The notes: generated by a model from the sequence alone, not told the origin. Positions 26,835 to 38,727 are shown, counted from the stretch's first letter. The stretch is DNA of 64,000 bases from Parcubacteria group bacterium M10-OD1-1 (GCA_003056145.1 LSNL01000003.1:4345-68344), one strand, 5' to 3'. Numbers and translations are program-made.

Positions 26835-29800
26835 TTGTATTGTTTCCGTTCCAAGAAATTTCTTAGAACGGGCAAAATGAGAGTTATTTTTATGGTCAAA
26901 GTTGAAAAAAAGCTCAAGGTGAAAGAATCCTTTGGGTCAGGCTCATCGCTATCAAAAAGAAAGTTTTTTAAACAAATATCAATGGTTTCTTTGCCAAATC
27001 TTATTGAATCTCAATTGGATTCTTACGATTGGTTTTTAGAAAAAGGACTAAGAGAACTATTAGACGAAGTTAGTCCAATTGATGATTTCACTGAGAAAGA
27101 TTTAGCGCTATCTTTTACTGATTACTATTTGGATGAACCAAAATATGATGAAGTTACCGCTAAGAATAAAAATATTTCTTACGAAGCTCCTTTAAGATGT
27201 AAAATTCAACTTACTATTAAATCAACTGGTGAAATAAAAGAGCAAGAAATTTATTTAGGTGATTTTCCGTTAATGACTGATAGAGGAACTTTTATAATTA
27301 ACGGAGTGGAGAGAGTAGTAGTTAGCCAAATTATCAGAAGTCCAGGAGTTTTCTTTACAATGCTTTATGTCAAAGGAAAGAAACTTTTTGGAGCTAAAAT
27401 TATTCCTAATAGAGGAGCTTGGTTAGAAATTGAAACTGATATTGATGGAGCTATTTTTGTAAAAATTGATAGAAAAAGAAAAATCGCTATTACTGCTCTA
27501 TTGCGAGCTTTTGGTTATTCTACGGATGAGGAAATACTAGCCTTATTTACTGATGTAGATAATGGAGAAATTAGATATATTGAGAAAACCATTGAAAAAG
27601 ATATTACTAAAAATCAAGGAGAAGGATATAAAGAAGTTTATAAGAGAATTAGACCGGGAGATTTAGCTACTGAGAGTAATGCTAAACAAGTTATTGATAC
27701 AATGTTTTTTAGTTTTGATAAATATGATTTTGGTGGCGTAGGTCGTTATCGACTTAATCAACGATTAGATATTAATGTTCCAGATGATGAAGAACACCGA
27801 GTATTAACTAGAGAGGATTTTAATTTAATTATTAAAGAGATTATTCGTCTTAATAACGATTCTCAGGCAGTCGCTGATGATATTGATCATCTAGGGAATA
27901 GAAGAGTGAGGTCAGTAGGAGAATTGGTACAAAATAAATTAAGAGTTGGATTAGCTAGAACTGCCAGAAATATTAAAGATAGAATGAGTACTTGCGATAT
28001 TGCTACTGTAGTACCAGGACAATTAGTTAATTCTAGACCAATTGCAGCTTCCATTAAAGAATTTTTTTCTAGTTCTCAACTTTCTCAGTTTATGGATCAA
28101 GTTAATCCTTTAGCCGAGTTGGAGCATAAAAGAAGAATTAGTGCGATGGGCCCTGGAGGTTTGGCTCGTGAAAGAGCTGGCTTTGAAGTGCGAGATGTTC
28201 ATCCTTCTCATTATGGAAGGATTTGCCCAGTAGAAACTCCAGAAGGACCAAATATTGGTTTAGTTGGTCATTTAGCTACTTATACTAAGATTAATAATTA
28301 TGGTTTCTTAGAAACTCCTTATCTTAAAATTTATCACGAAATAGAAAATAGCAAAGATAAATTAGTCGGGAAAATTTTAAAGGAAAAAGTTGGAGATTTT
28401 CCTGTTGGAACTAAAATAACTGAAGAAATAGCTAATAAAATTGCTAAAATTAAAGAGAAAAAAACTATTACTATTAAGCCTTGGGCTAGCAAAGAAATTG
28501 ACTATATTAATGCGACTAAAGAAGATAGAAAAACCATTGCTCACGCCGGAATTAATATGGATAAAGAAGGTAATATTTTAGATAATATGGTTGAAGCTAG
28601 AGTAAAAGGACAAGCAACGGAGATTGAAGCTATTAAATTAGATTATATTGATGTTTCTGCTAAACAGTGTATTTCAGTGGCCACTTCTTTGATACCTTTC
28701 TTAGAACACGATGATGCTAACCGAGCTTTAATGGGATCTAATATGCAACGACAAGCTGTTTCTTGTGTTAAACCAGAATCTCCAATTGTAGGAACTGGAA
28801 TTGAAGATAAGGCTGCGGCTGATTCAGGACAAGTAGTAATTGCTCGAGCAGGAGGAGAAGTAGTTGAAGTTGATGGAGATCATATTGTAGTGAAAGAAAA
28901 AACTCCAGCGGGAGCCAAAAAAAGTTATTTCAAACGAGAATATTATTTACAAACTTTTGTGAAATCTAATGCTTTTACTTCTATGAATCAGGTGCCAAGA
29001 GTCAAAAAAGGGCAAATAGTAGAGAAAGGACAACTTTTGGCCGATGGAGCTTCAACCGATCATGGAGAATTAGCTTTAGGTCAAAATATTACCGTTGCTT
29101 TTATTCCATGGGAAGGTTCTAATTATGAAGATGCTATTATTATTTCTGAAAAATTAGTTCAGGGTGATCGCTATAGTTCTATCCATATTGAAGATTTTTC
29201 TATTGATGTAAGAGATACCAAACTTGGTCCAGAGGTAGTAACTAGAGATATTCCAAATATCGGAGAAGAAAGACTAAAAAACTTAGACGAAACAGGAATT
29301 ATCAGAATAGGAGCAGAAGTAGCTTCTGGAGATATTTTAATTGGAAAAATTTCTCCTAAAGGAGAAGGAGATTTAACTTCTGAAGAGCGACTCTTAAGAG
29401 CTATTTTTGGAGAAAAATCTCGAGATGTGAAAGATAGTTCTCTTTATCTTCCTCATGGAGAATATGGCAAGGTAGTAGATATTAAAGTTTTTTCTAGGGA
29501 AAAAGGTGATAAGCTAGCTACTGGAGTTATTCAACAAATTCAAGTTTCAGTTGCACAATTAAAGAAAATATCGGTAGGTGATAAACTAGCTGGACGTCAT
29601 GGAAATAAGGGTGTTATTTCTAGAATTGCTCCAATAGAAGATATGCCTTATCTAGAGGACGGAACTCCAGTAGATATGATTTTAAATCCTTTGGGAGTAG
29701 CTAGTCGTATGAATATTGGTCAGATTCTAGAAACTCATTTAGGTTGGGCAGCTTTAAAACTAGGCTATAAAGTAGCAACTCCAGCACTTGAAGGAGTAAC

Positions 29801-30314
29801 AGAAAAACAAATTAAGGACGAATTAAAAAAAGCTGGTCTTCCAGAAGATGGAAAATCTCAACTAATTAATGGAAGAACAGGAGAATATTTTGATAATCGA
29901 TCAACGGTTGGAGTTATGTATGTTATGAAACTGCATCATTTAGTGGATGACAAAATCCATATGCGTTCTATTGGACCTTATTCTTTAATTACTCAACAAC
30001 CACTAGGAGGAAAAGCTCAATTTGGAGGTCAGCGATTTGGAGAAATGGAAGTGTGGGCTTTAGAAGGTTATGGGGCGGCCTATACTTTGCAAGAGATGTT
30101 AACTATCAAATCGGATGATGTAATGGGAAGATCTAAAGCGTACGAATCAATCATTAAAGGAGAACCAATTAAAAGTCCTAATATTCCAGCTTCTTTTCAT
30201 GTTTTAGTTAGTGAATTGAAAGGTTTGGGATTAAATGTAGAATTAACAGAAGCGAAAAGAGAAGGGGACTCAGATGAAGAATTAGGCGGGTCAATAAAAA
30301 AAGCGGAGAATTAA
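26835..30314 (+). CDS. rpoB: DNA-directed RNA polymerase subunit beta
   Basis: 1159 aa with conserved RpoB blocks throughout. The true start may be an internal Met (26871 or 26886). Confidence 0.9.
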   Translation: MYCFRSKKFLRTGKMRVIFMVKVEKKLKVKESFGSGSSLSKRKFFKQISMVSLPNLIESQLDSYDWFLEKGLRELLDEVSPIDDFTEKDLALSFTDYYLDEPKYDEVTAKNKNISYEAPLRCKIQLTIKSTGEIKEQEIYLGDFPLMTDRGTFIINGVERVVVSQIIRSPGVFFTMLYVKGKKLFGAKIIPNRGAWLEIETDIDGAIFVKIDRKRKIAITALLRAFGYSTDEEILALFTDVDNGEIRYIEKTIEKDITKNQGEGYKEVYKRIRPGDLATESNAKQVIDTMFFSFDKYDFGGVGRYRLNQRLDINVPDDEEHRVLTREDFNLIIKEIIRLNNDSQAVADDIDHLGNRRVRSVGELVQNKLRVGLARTARNIKDRMSTCDIATVVPGQLVNSRPIAASIKEFFSSSQLSQFMDQVNPLAELEHKRRISAMGPGGLARERAGFEVRDVHPSHYGRICPVETPEGPNIGLVGHLATYTKINNYGFLETPYLKIYHEIENSKDKLVGKILKEKVGDFPVGTKITEEIANKIAKIKEKKTITIKPWASKEIDYINATKEDRKTIAHAGINMDKEGNILDNMVEARVKGQATEIEAIKLDYIDVSAKQCISVATSLIPFLEHDDANRALMGSNMQRQAVSCVKPESPIVGTGIEDKAAADSGQVVIARAGGEVVEVDGDHIVVKEKTPAGAKKSYFKREYYLQTFVKSNAFTSMNQVPRVKKGQIVEKGQLLADGASTDHGELALGQNITVAFIPWEGSNYEDAIIISEKLVQGDRYSSIHIEDFSIDVRDTKLGPEVVTRDIPNIGEERLKNLDETGIIRIGAEVASGDILIGKISPKGEGDLTSEERLLRAIFGEKSRDVKDSSLYLPHGEYGKVVDIKVFSREKGDKLATGVIQQIQVSVAQLKKISVGDKLAGRHGNKGVISRIAPIEDMPYLEDGTPVDMILNPLGVASRMNIGQILETHLGWAALKLGYKVATPALEGVTEKQIKDELKKAGLPEDGKSQLINGRTGEYFDNRSTVGVMYVMKLHHLVDDKIHMRSIGPYSLITQQPLGGKAQFGGQRFGEMEVWALEGYGAAYTLQEMLTIKSDDVMGRSKAYESIIKGEPIKSPNIPASFHVLVSELKGLGLNVELTEAKREGDSDEELGGSIKKAEN

Positions 30315-30412
30315 AAAGAAAACTTTAGATTTTTTATCAATTATTAATGAGATTAATTTAAACTTAACTCTAATTATCACAAACTGAGTGTTAATTTAAG
30401 AGTAGAAACATT

Positions 30413-33400
30413 ATGGAACCAATAACCAATACTAAAATAAGTGATTTCAATAGCGTGCGTTTAAGTATCGCTAGCCCAGAAGATATTCTAGAGTGGTCTC
30501 ACGGAGAAGTAGTCAAACCAGAAACTATTAATTATAGAACTCAGCGTTATGAGCGAGAAGGTCTTTTTGATGAAAAAATATTTGGTCCTTCCAAGGATTG
30601 GGAATGCTATTGTGGAAAATACAAAAGAATTCGCTATAAAGGGATTGTTTGTGATAAGTGTGGAGTAGAAGTGACTAGGAGTATTGTTAGACGAGAAAGA
30701 ATGGGTCATATTAAATTAGCGGTTCCTGTTTCACATATTTGGTTTTTAAGAGGTGTGCCTTCTAAGATTGGTTTAGCTCTTGGTATCGGTGTACAAAGCT
30801 TAGAAAAAGTAGTTTATTTTTCTAGCTATATTATTTTAGAAGTTAATGAAGAAGAAAAAGAAAGAGCTTTAGCTCAAGTTGAACAAGAATTTAAACAAAA
30901 ACAAAAGGAAATTAAAAGAAATTTTGCTGGTGATAGTGAAAAAGAAAAAGAAAAAGAAAAGCAAGAGGAATTAAAAAATATTTATCGTTCTTCTAAGGAG
31001 GAATTAAAAAATCTTAAAAAATTACAAATTATTTCTGAAATTGAATATTTCAATTTATCTACTAAATATGCCCAAGTATTTTCGGCTGGTATTGGAGCTG
31101 AATCTATTAGATCTATTCTGGAAACTATGGATCCAAAAGAGGAGATTGAAAAATTAAAGAAAAGTTTAGCCAATGATGAAGTAACGGATCGTAAGAAAGC
31201 TCTAAAAAGAGTTAAGATGTTACAAGGATTTATCAATGCTAAAATGAAATTAGAATGGATGATGTTGACTGTTATTCCAATTATCCCACCAGACCTTCGT
31301 CCAATGGTAGCTTTAGATGGAGGAAGATATGCTACTTCTGATTTGAATGATTTATATCGTAGAATTATTAACCGAAATAATCGTTTGAAAAAATTGATTG
31401 GGTTAGGTGCTCCAGAAGTTATTACTAGAAATGAAAAAAGAATGTTGCAAGAAGCAGTGGATGCTTTATTTGATAATAGTGCTCGAAGAGGACAAGCCTC
31501 TGTAGCAGCTTCTACTGGACAAAGAAGAGCTTTAAGGTCTTTGGCCGACACCTTAAAAGGAAAACAAGGTCGTTTTAGACAGAATCTTTTAGGAAAAAGA
31601 GTTGATTATTCAGGACGAAGTGTAATCGTAGTAGGTCCAAAATTAAAACTCAATCAATGTGGTATTCCGAAAAAAATGGCTTTGGAATTATACAAACCTT
31701 TTATTATAAATAAACTCATTGAAAGAGAATTAGCCTATAATGTTAGGTCGGCTGGAAAAATGGTAGAAGGAGAAACTGAAGAAGCTTATGATATTTTAGA
31801 TGAAATTATTTCTCATCATTATGTTTTGTTAAATCGGGCTCCAACCTTACATCGTTTGTCTATTCAAGCTTTTCAACCAGTTCTAATTGAAGGAAAAGCT
31901 ATTCAAGTACATCCAATGGTTTGTAGTGCTTTTAATGCTGATTTTGATGGGGATCAAATGGCTGTTCATGTTCCTTTGACTGATAAGGCTCGTTGGGAAA
32001 GTGAAAATTTAATGCTTTCTTCTAGAAATCTTTTAAAGCCAGCTAATGGTGATCCAATTACAATCCCGACTTTAGATATGGTTTTAGGCTGTTACTATAT
32101 TTCTCATATTGTCAGTGGAGTTAAGGGAGAAGGAGCGATTTTCTCTGATTTTAATGAAGCAGTATTAGCTAATGAACTTGGTCAAGTAGATGTAAGAGCA
32201 AAAATAAAAGTAGCCTATGAAGGAAAAATAATTGAAACTTCTATTGGGAGAATAAAACTCAATCAAATTATTCCTGAGGGGATAGGTTTTATTAATCAGG
32301 AAATGACTAAGAAAGAGCTAAAGAGTTTAGTAGCTCAAGTTTTAGAAACTCTAGGAAAAGAAACGACAGCTCAATTTGTTGATAAAATTAAAGACTTAGG
32401 TTTTGATTCAGTTACTAAATCAGGAATTAGTTGGGGAATGGATGACTTAATTATTCCAGCTAATAAAAAAGAACTTATTGATAGTAGCGAAAAGGAAGTA
32501 GAAGCTATTAAAAACCAATATAGTGCAGGACTTTTAACTGACGAAGAGCGAAAAAATAAAGTTATTGAAGTTTGGAATGAAACTAAAAATAAAATTACAG
32601 ATGAAGTTCGTAATTCTATGGATAAGGAAGGTCCTGTTTATTCAATGGTTTATTCTAAAGCGAGAGGTTCTGAATCAGTAGTAGTCCAGATGTCAGGAAT
32701 GAAAGGTTTAATGGCAGGTCCAACTGGGGAAACAATAGAGTTACCAATTAAGAGTTGCTTTAAAGAAGGACTTAATGTTTTGGAGTATTTTATTTCTACT
32801 CATGGAGCTAGAAAAGGAATGGCTGACACCGCCTTGAGAACAGCGACTGCTGGTTATTTGACTAGAAGACTAGTTGATGTTTCTCAAGATATTATTGTCA
32901 GAGAAAACGACTGTAAAGATAAAGTAGGGGCTTACATTTATAAAGAAGATTCAGATCGGATTGGACAGGATTTTGTTTCTAGAATTGTTGGAAGATTTTT
33001 AATTGAAGATATCACTGATCCAGAAAATGGAAAAGTGCTGATAAAAAAAGGTAAACTAGTTACTAAGCAACAAGGAGAACTAATTGAAAATAAAAACATT
33101 GAAAAAGCTAAAATTAGAACAGTGGCTACTTGCAAAACTTCTAGAGGAGTATGTCAAAAGTGTTACGGTGCTGATTTAGGAAGAGGTGGTATTGTAGAAA
33201 CTGGACAAACTGTTGGAATTGTAGCTGCACAAGCTATTGGAGAGCCAGGAACTCAGTTAACGATGAGGACCTTCCATATTGGAGGTATTGCGGGATCTGA
33301 TATTACTCAGGGACTTCCTAGAGTAGAAGAAATTTTTGAAGCTCGTCCTCCAAAAGGAGAAGCTATTATTTCAGAAGTGGATGGTAGAATATTGTCGTTA

Positions 33401-34009
33401 GAAAATAATGGAAAAAATATTGTTGTTAAAGTTGAAATAGAGGATAAACAAAAAACGACTAAAGAATATCAAGTGCCAGCAGGGAGTACTTTAAAAATAG
33501 CTGAAGGAGATTTAATTACGAAGGGAACTCAGCTTTCTGAAGGGCATATTGACTTGAAAAAACTTTATAAAACTATGGGCTGGGAAGAAGTCTATCGTTA
33601 TATTGTGCGAGAAATTCAAGAAGTTTATGCTTCTCAAGGAGAAACAATTAATGATAAACACATTGAAGTAATTATTCGTCAAATGTTTAGTAGAGTTATT
33701 ATTTTAGATGAAAAAGATACTGATTTACTAGTTGGTGATATTGTAGAATTAGATGAATTTAATGAAGTTAATAAACGAGTTAAATTAGCCGGAAAAGAGG
33801 AAGCTAAAGGAGAAAAAATGTTATTAGGGATAACTAAAGTAGCTCTTTCTACGGACAGTTTTCTTTCAGCTGCTTCTTTTCAAGAAACAGCCCGAGTTTT
33901 AATTAACGCCGCTTCTCAGGGTAAAGAGGATAAATTACGAGGATTAAAAGAAAATGTTATCATCGGAAAACTTATCCCAGCTGGAACTGGCTATAAAGAA
34001 AAAAAATAA
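30413..34009 (+). CDS. rpoC: DNA-directed RNA polymerase subunit beta'
   Basis: 1198 aa. Zn finger CYCGKYKRIRYKGIVCDKCGVEV, the NADFDGD catalytic motif, and a C-terminal Zn site. Confidence 0.9.
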   Translation: MEPITNTKISDFNSVRLSIASPEDILEWSHGEVVKPETINYRTQRYEREGLFDEKIFGPSKDWECYCGKYKRIRYKGIVCDKCGVEVTRSIVRRERMGHIKLAVPVSHIWFLRGVPSKIGLALGIGVQSLEKVVYFSSYIILEVNEEEKERALAQVEQEFKQKQKEIKRNFAGDSEKEKEKEKQEELKNIYRSSKEELKNLKKLQIISEIEYFNLSTKYAQVFSAGIGAESIRSILETMDPKEEIEKLKKSLANDEVTDRKKALKRVKMLQGFINAKMKLEWMMLTVIPIIPPDLRPMVALDGGRYATSDLNDLYRRIINRNNRLKKLIGLGAPEVITRNEKRMLQEAVDALFDNSARRGQASVAASTGQRRALRSLADTLKGKQGRFRQNLLGKRVDYSGRSVIVVGPKLKLNQCGIPKKMALELYKPFIINKLIERELAYNVRSAGKMVEGETEEAYDILDEIISHHYVLLNRAPTLHRLSIQAFQPVLIEGKAIQVHPMVCSAFNADFDGDQMAVHVPLTDKARWESENLMLSSRNLLKPANGDPITIPTLDMVLGCYYISHIVSGVKGEGAIFSDFNEAVLANELGQVDVRAKIKVAYEGKIIETSIGRIKLNQIIPEGIGFINQEMTKKELKSLVAQVLETLGKETTAQFVDKIKDLGFDSVTKSGISWGMDDLIIPANKKELIDSSEKEVEAIKNQYSAGLLTDEERKNKVIEVWNETKNKITDEVRNSMDKEGPVYSMVYSKARGSESVVVQMSGMKGLMAGPTGETIELPIKSCFKEGLNVLEYFISTHGARKGMADTALRTATAGYLTRRLVDVSQDIIVRENDCKDKVGAYIYKEDSDRIGQDFVSRIVGRFLIEDITDPENGKVLIKKGKLVTKQQGELIENKNIEKAKIRTVATCKTSRGVCQKCYGADLGRGGIVETGQTVGIVAAQAIGEPGTQLTMRTFHIGGIAGSDITQGLPRVEEIFEARPPKGEAIISEVDGRILSLENNGKNIVVKVEIEDKQKTTKEYQVPAGSTLKIAEGDLITKGTQLSEGHIDLKKLYKTMGWEEVYRYIVREIQEVYASQGETINDKHIEVIIRQMFSRVIILDEKDTDLLVGDIVELDEFNEVNKRVKLAGKEEAKGEKMLLGITKVALSTDSFLSAASFQETARVLINAASQGKEDKLRGLKENVIIGKLIPAGTGYKEKK

Positions 34010-34030
34010 TTTTAGCCAATTTAGCTTGTT

Positions 34031-34078
34031 AAAAAACAAAGACAGTTTCCGACTAATTTAGGAGGCTGTTTTTGTTTT
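34031..34078 (+). terminator. terminator-like long hairpin after rpoC
   Basis: aaaacaaagacag / ctgtttttgtttt (13 bp with 1 mismatch) and a 20-nt loop. Confidence 0.4.
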
Positions 34079-34144
34079 CCGATATTTATGATAAAATAGA
34101 AAAGAAGTTAATTAAGGGGTTGATTATAAATTATAGATATTAAA

Positions 34145-36571
34145 ATGGGAAGAAATAATAAAGATAAAAAAGAGGAGGAAGAAGAAGGAGAAAAAAAAAT
34201 AAAAATAAATATTGCTAGTGATGCGAAAAGGAGCACAATAGCGATTATTTTATTTGCTTTGGCAGTTTTGTTTACTTTAGGATTTTTTGGCAGTGGTGGA
34301 GTGGTTGGAAAATCTCTCAATGAGATGGCTGGATTAACAATTGGCTGGGCAAAATTAATCTTTCCTTTGTTTTTAGTTATTGCAGGGATTATTTTATTAT
34401 TAAGAAAAGAAACTATTTTTTATGTGACTAAAATAATTGGATTAACTATTGTTTTGTTTAGTCTGACAGGAATTTTTCATTGGTTTTTTAATTTTCACGA
34501 TATTTTGGCTGTAGCTAAAGTTGGGAGAGGAGGAGGTTACGCTGGTTATATTATAGCCTATATTTTAGAAAAATATTTAGGTGGCGCAGGAAGTTTGGTT
34601 GTTTTGTTAGCTTTTTTATTTATTGGTTTTATAGTAGCGTTTGATTTTTCTATTATAAATTTCTTTGCTAAATTTAAAAAAGAAAAAGTTCAAGATGAAC
34701 TAACTGAAACTGAGGAATCTAAAAAGATAAATGAGGACGAAGAATTAGATGATGGGGATGATGACAAAGAGGAAGAATTAAATCAAGAAAAGCAACCAAA
34801 AAATAGTGAATTAAAAAAAACTGAACAAGATTCTCTTCAAGAAACTGAAAATTTAGAAAGCAATATTAAGAAAATTGAATTTGTAGAAGGCAATGATCAA
34901 TTTGTTGACCCATCACTAGAAGTTCATAATGAAATAAGTTCAAGAGAACTAGAAAATTATGAAGCAGATGAAATTGAAGATGCAATTGAAGATGAAAGGG
35001 AAGAGGATCAATTTATTAGAAAAAATAAAAAACAGAAATGGACTTTGCCTCCATTAGAACTTCTAGAGGAAAGTATGGGAGAAGCTAAAGGTGGTGATGT
35101 AGAGAGGAATTTTTCCATTATTGAAAAAACATTGAAAGATTTTGGTATTGAAGTAGAAAGAGGAGAAGCCCAAACTGGTCCAACTGTTACTCAATATAGC
35201 TTTCGCCCAGCCGTGGGAGTTAAAATTTCTAAAATTTTAGCTTTGCAAAATGATTTATCGTTAGCTTTAGCGGAACATCCAATTAGAATTGAAGCTCCAA
35301 TTCCTGGAAAATCTTTAATTGGAATTGAAGTGCCTAATAAAGTTTCCTCAGTAGTGAGATTAAAGAATATTTTAGCGGAAAAGAAATTTAAAAAAAGAAA
35401 GTCTAACCTTATCTTAGCCTTGGGGGAGGATGTTAGCGGGACGAGAATTTTTGATGATCTAGCTAAAATGCCTCATTTGATGATTGCTGGAGCGACTGGA
35501 ACTGGTAAATCTGTAGCAACCAATGTTATTATCACTACTCTTCTCTATCAAAATTCTCCTGAAGATTTAAAATTTATCATGGTAGATCCAAAAATGGTAG
35601 AACTTTCAGTTTATAATGGCATTCCTCATTTATTAACAGAAGTTATTGTAGAGAATAGTAAAGTTATCAATGCCTTGAAATGGGCAGTTAGGGAAATGGA
35701 AAAGCGTTATAAATTACTGCAAGAAACTGGTTCTCGAGATTTAGTTTCCTACGAAGAAAAAAGAAAAACCGGTTTTACTGTTAAACATACTAATTCAGAA
35801 ACAGGAGAGATAAGTGAAGAAAAGCTAAAAAAGATACCTTATATTATTATTGTAATTGATGAACTGGCTGATTTAATGATTAGCCATGGGAAAGAAGTGG
35901 AAGGTGCAATTGTTAGAATTGCTCAAATGGCAAGAGCCGTTGGAATACATTTAATAGTTTCTACTCAAAGACCGTCAGTGGAAGTGATTACTGGCTTGAT
36001 TAAAGCTAATATTCCAACTAGAATTGCTTTTAAGGTAGCCACTCAAATAGATTCAAGAACAATCATTGATATGGGAGGAGCTGATAAACTTTTAGGAAAT
36101 GGAGATTCATTGTTCCTTTCTTCTCATTCTCCTAAGCCAGCTAGAATTCAGGGTATTTTTGTAAGTGAAGTAGAGGTGAAAAGAGTTGTTGAATTCATTA
36201 AAAAACAGCAAGAAGCAAGAGAAGAAAAGAACGAGGATGATGAAGAGGAAAAGAAAGATATTACTGAAAATACACAAAAAGAAATTTTAGAATTTCAAGG
36301 GACAGAGCCAGGTAAAGATGATGAGTTGATTGAACAAGCTAAAAGAGAAATTATAAGAGCTAAAAAAGCTTCCGCCACTTTATTACAAACTAGGCTAAGT
36401 ATTGGTTATTCACGGGCTAGTAGAATAATTAATGTTCTGGAGGATCAGGGCTTTGTTGGACCGTCTAATGGTTCTAAGCCTCGAGAAATATACGGACTTA
36501 ATAGTGAAAGTAATGTAGAATATCAAGATGATATTAATGATCAAGTTAGAAGGGATAAATGGCAAATTTAA
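34145..36571 (+). CDS. ftsK: DNA translocase FtsK/SpoIIIE
   Basis: 808 aa. N-terminal transmembrane helices, acidic linker, Walker A GATGTGKSV, and a C-terminal winged-helix gamma domain. Confidence 0.8.
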   Translation: MGRNNKDKKEEEEEGEKKIKINIASDAKRSTIAIILFALAVLFTLGFFGSGGVVGKSLNEMAGLTIGWAKLIFPLFLVIAGIILLLRKETIFYVTKIIGLTIVLFSLTGIFHWFFNFHDILAVAKVGRGGGYAGYIIAYILEKYLGGAGSLVVLLAFLFIGFIVAFDFSIINFFAKFKKEKVQDELTETEESKKINEDEELDDGDDDKEEELNQEKQPKNSELKKTEQDSLQETENLESNIKKIEFVEGNDQFVDPSLEVHNEISSRELENYEADEIEDAIEDEREEDQFIRKNKKQKWTLPPLELLEESMGEAKGGDVERNFSIIEKTLKDFGIEVERGEAQTGPTVTQYSFRPAVGVKISKILALQNDLSLALAEHPIRIEAPIPGKSLIGIEVPNKVSSVVRLKNILAEKKFKKRKSNLILALGEDVSGTRIFDDLAKMPHLMIAGATGTGKSVATNVIITTLLYQNSPEDLKFIMVDPKMVELSVYNGIPHLLTEVIVENSKVINALKWAVREMEKRYKLLQETGSRDLVSYEEKRKTGFTVKHTNSETGEISEEKLKKIPYIIIVIDELADLMISHGKEVEGAIVRIAQMARAVGIHLIVSTQRPSVEVITGLIKANIPTRIAFKVATQIDSRTIIDMGGADKLLGNGDSLFLSSHSPKPARIQGIFVSEVEVKRVVEFIKKQQEAREEKNEDDEEEKKDITENTQKEILEFQGTEPGKDDELIEQAKREIIRAKKASATLLQTRLSIGYSRASRIINVLEDQGFVGPSNGSKPREIYGLNSESNVEYQDDINDQVRRDKWQI

Positions 36572-36601
36572 TTGAATAATTAAGAGATAGCTTTTTAAAT
36601 T

Positions 36602-37606
36602 ATGATGCGAAATGGATTTACTAAAAAAAATATTGGCACTCTGACACTTGGAGAAAAATTAAAAAAACTTCGAGAAGATAAAAGACTTTCTCTAAATGAA
36701 ATATCTAAGGCAACTAAAATTCAAGTAAAACATCTAGATTATTTAGAAAAGGGATTCTACGAGAAGTTACCAGCTGATGTTTACGTGAAAGGTTTTCTAA
36801 GAAGTTATGCAGATTTTTTTGGTTTAGATAAACAAATTTTTTTAAGATTGTATAATAAAGAAAAAGGAATTGAGTATAATTTAAAAAAGAAAAATAATAC
36901 AGATTTTAAAAAAATAAAACCGATTAATATTTCTGCTTTTATTTTTACTCCTAAAAAAATACTAATTTTAGTTATTAGCATTTTCATTTTAGTGGGGCTC
37001 TTCTTACTTTATCGGGAGATTGGTTCTTTCGCTAGTACACCAAGATTAGTGGTCTTAAGCCCTCTGAATAATTCGGAAATAACAAGTAATTCTATTTATG
37101 TAGAAGGAATAGTAGATAAAGATGCTTCTCTATTTATTAACAATCAACCGATTTTAGTTAATGATGAAGGAAAATTTAGAGAAAATGTTGCCTTGCAAAC
37201 AGGAGTAAACGTCATTAATATAAAAGCAGTTAATAAATTTAAGAAAATTGCCAATAAAGTTATCATTGTTCGTTCTGATTATCAAGTAGCGAAAAAAAAT
37301 AATAATTCTCAAAAAGAAGCTAGCCAAAAAAAAGCCATTATTAAAAATAAAGAAATAACAATAGAACTCAGCGTTAATCCTGGTCCAGTTTGGTTAAATG
37401 TAAAAGCGGACGGAGAGTTAGTTTTTAATGGAACAATGCTCAGTGGAGCCATTCAAATGTTTCACGCTAAAAAGAAAATAGTTATCAGTTCTGGAAGGGG
37501 TAAAGCAACTTTTGTTAAATTCAATGGTAATGATATTGGAGCTTTAAGTCCAAAAGATGGTATAGTGAAAGGAGTAACTTTTACTCATGATACTAAAGGT
37601 AAATAA
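36602..37606 (+). CDS. RodZ-like HTH (XRE-type) membrane protein
   Basis: 334 aa. N-terminal HTH (LGEKLKKLREDKRLSLNEISKATKIQVKHLDYLE), a single transmembrane helix, and an extracytoplasmic C-domain. Confidence 0.5.
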   Translation: MMRNGFTKKNIGTLTLGEKLKKLREDKRLSLNEISKATKIQVKHLDYLEKGFYEKLPADVYVKGFLRSYADFFGLDKQIFLRLYNKEKGIEYNLKKKNNTDFKKIKPINISAFIFTPKKILILVISIFILVGLFLLYREIGSFASTPRLVVLSPLNNSEITSNSIYVEGIVDKDASLFINNQPILVNDEGKFRENVALQTGVNVINIKAVNKFKKIANKVIIVRSDYQVAKKNNNSQKEASQKKAIIKNKEITIELSVNPGPVWLNVKADGELVFNGTMLSGAIQMFHAKKKIVISSGRGKATFVKFNGNDIGALSPKDGIVKGVTFTHDTKGK

Positions 37607-37683
37607 TTATTTAAAATAACAAACATACATAGAAAATATAAAATTTTTTTGAAGGGTATTTTCTATAAAATGTTTTTGAAAAA

Positions 37684-38727
37684 ATGAAAGAATCTAAAAA
37701 AGAGAAAAACATCAATGCGGTTATTGATGAAATTAAAGAAAGGTTTGGCGAGGGAGTAATTATGAAATTAGGTGACATCAAAAAAGTAGATGTTGCTTCA
37801 ATTCCGACTGGATCTATCTCTTTGGATATTGCCTTAGGAATTGGTGGTATTCCTCAAGGGAGAGTAGTAGAAGTTTATGGACCAGAATCCTCTGGGAAGA
37901 CTACGCTAACTCTCCATATTATTGCTAATGCTCAAAAAGCAGGAGGAGTAGCTGCTTTTATTGATGCAGAGCATGCGTTAGATCCAGAATATGCTAAAAA
38001 AATAGGAGTTAATATTGATAATCTTTTAATTTCTCAACCAGATAATGGTGAACAGGCTTTGGATATTGTAGAAACTTTAGTTAATTCAGGAGAAATAAGT
38101 GTTATCGTGATTGACTCAGTAGCCGCCTTAGTACCGAAGGCAGAGATTGAAGGAGATATGGGGGCTCATCATATGGGAACTCAAGCTCGATTAATGTCGC
38201 AAGCTTTAAGGAAATTGACAGCTATTATTGCTAAATCTAATTGTACAGTTATTTTTATCAATCAGATTAGAATGAAAATCGGTGTAGTCTTTGGTAATCC
38301 AGAAACAACAACTGGAGGAAATGCTCTAAAGTTTTATTCTTCGGTGCGAATTGAGGTTCGTCGTTCAGCCCAAATTAAAAAAGCTGATGATATTGTAGGC
38401 AATAGAACTAAAATTAAAATTGTTAAAAACAAAGTAGCTCCACCATTTAAAACAACAGAATTTGATATTATGTATAATGAGGGTATTTCAGCGTCAGGAG
38501 ATATTTTAGACACAGGAGTTAAATATGAGATTATCAACAAGAAAGGAAATTCTTATTCTTTTAACGAAATAAAATTAGGCGTAGGGAGAGAAAAAGCTAA
38601 ACAAACATTAAAAAGTAATTTAGAGATTATGCAAGAAATTTCTAAAAAAATCTATGTTAAATTAGATGAGATAGAAGCGGAAAAAGAAAAAGAAACAGAA
38701 ACAGAAAAAGAAAAAGAGCAAAAGTAG
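37684..38727 (+). CDS. recA: recombinase RecA
   Basis: 347 aa. Walker [10 protein letters not shown] and RecA L1/L2 loop regions. Confidence 0.9.
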   Translation: MKESKKEKNINAVIDEIKERFGEGVIMKLGDIKKVDVASIPTGSISLDIALGIGGIPQGRVVEVYGPESSGKTTLTLHIIANAQKAGGVAAFIDAEHALDPEYAKKIGVNIDNLLISQPDNGEQALDIVETLVNSGEISVIVIDSVAALVPKAEIEGDMGAHHMGTQARLMSQALRKLTAIIAKSNCTVIFINQIRMKIGVVFGNPETTTGGNALKFYSSVRIEVRRSAQIKKADDIVGNRTKIKIVKNKVAPPFKTTEFDIMYNEGISASGDILDTGVKYEIINKKGNSYSFNEIKLGVGREKAKQTLKSNLEIMQEISKKIYVKLDEIEAEKEKETETEKEKEQK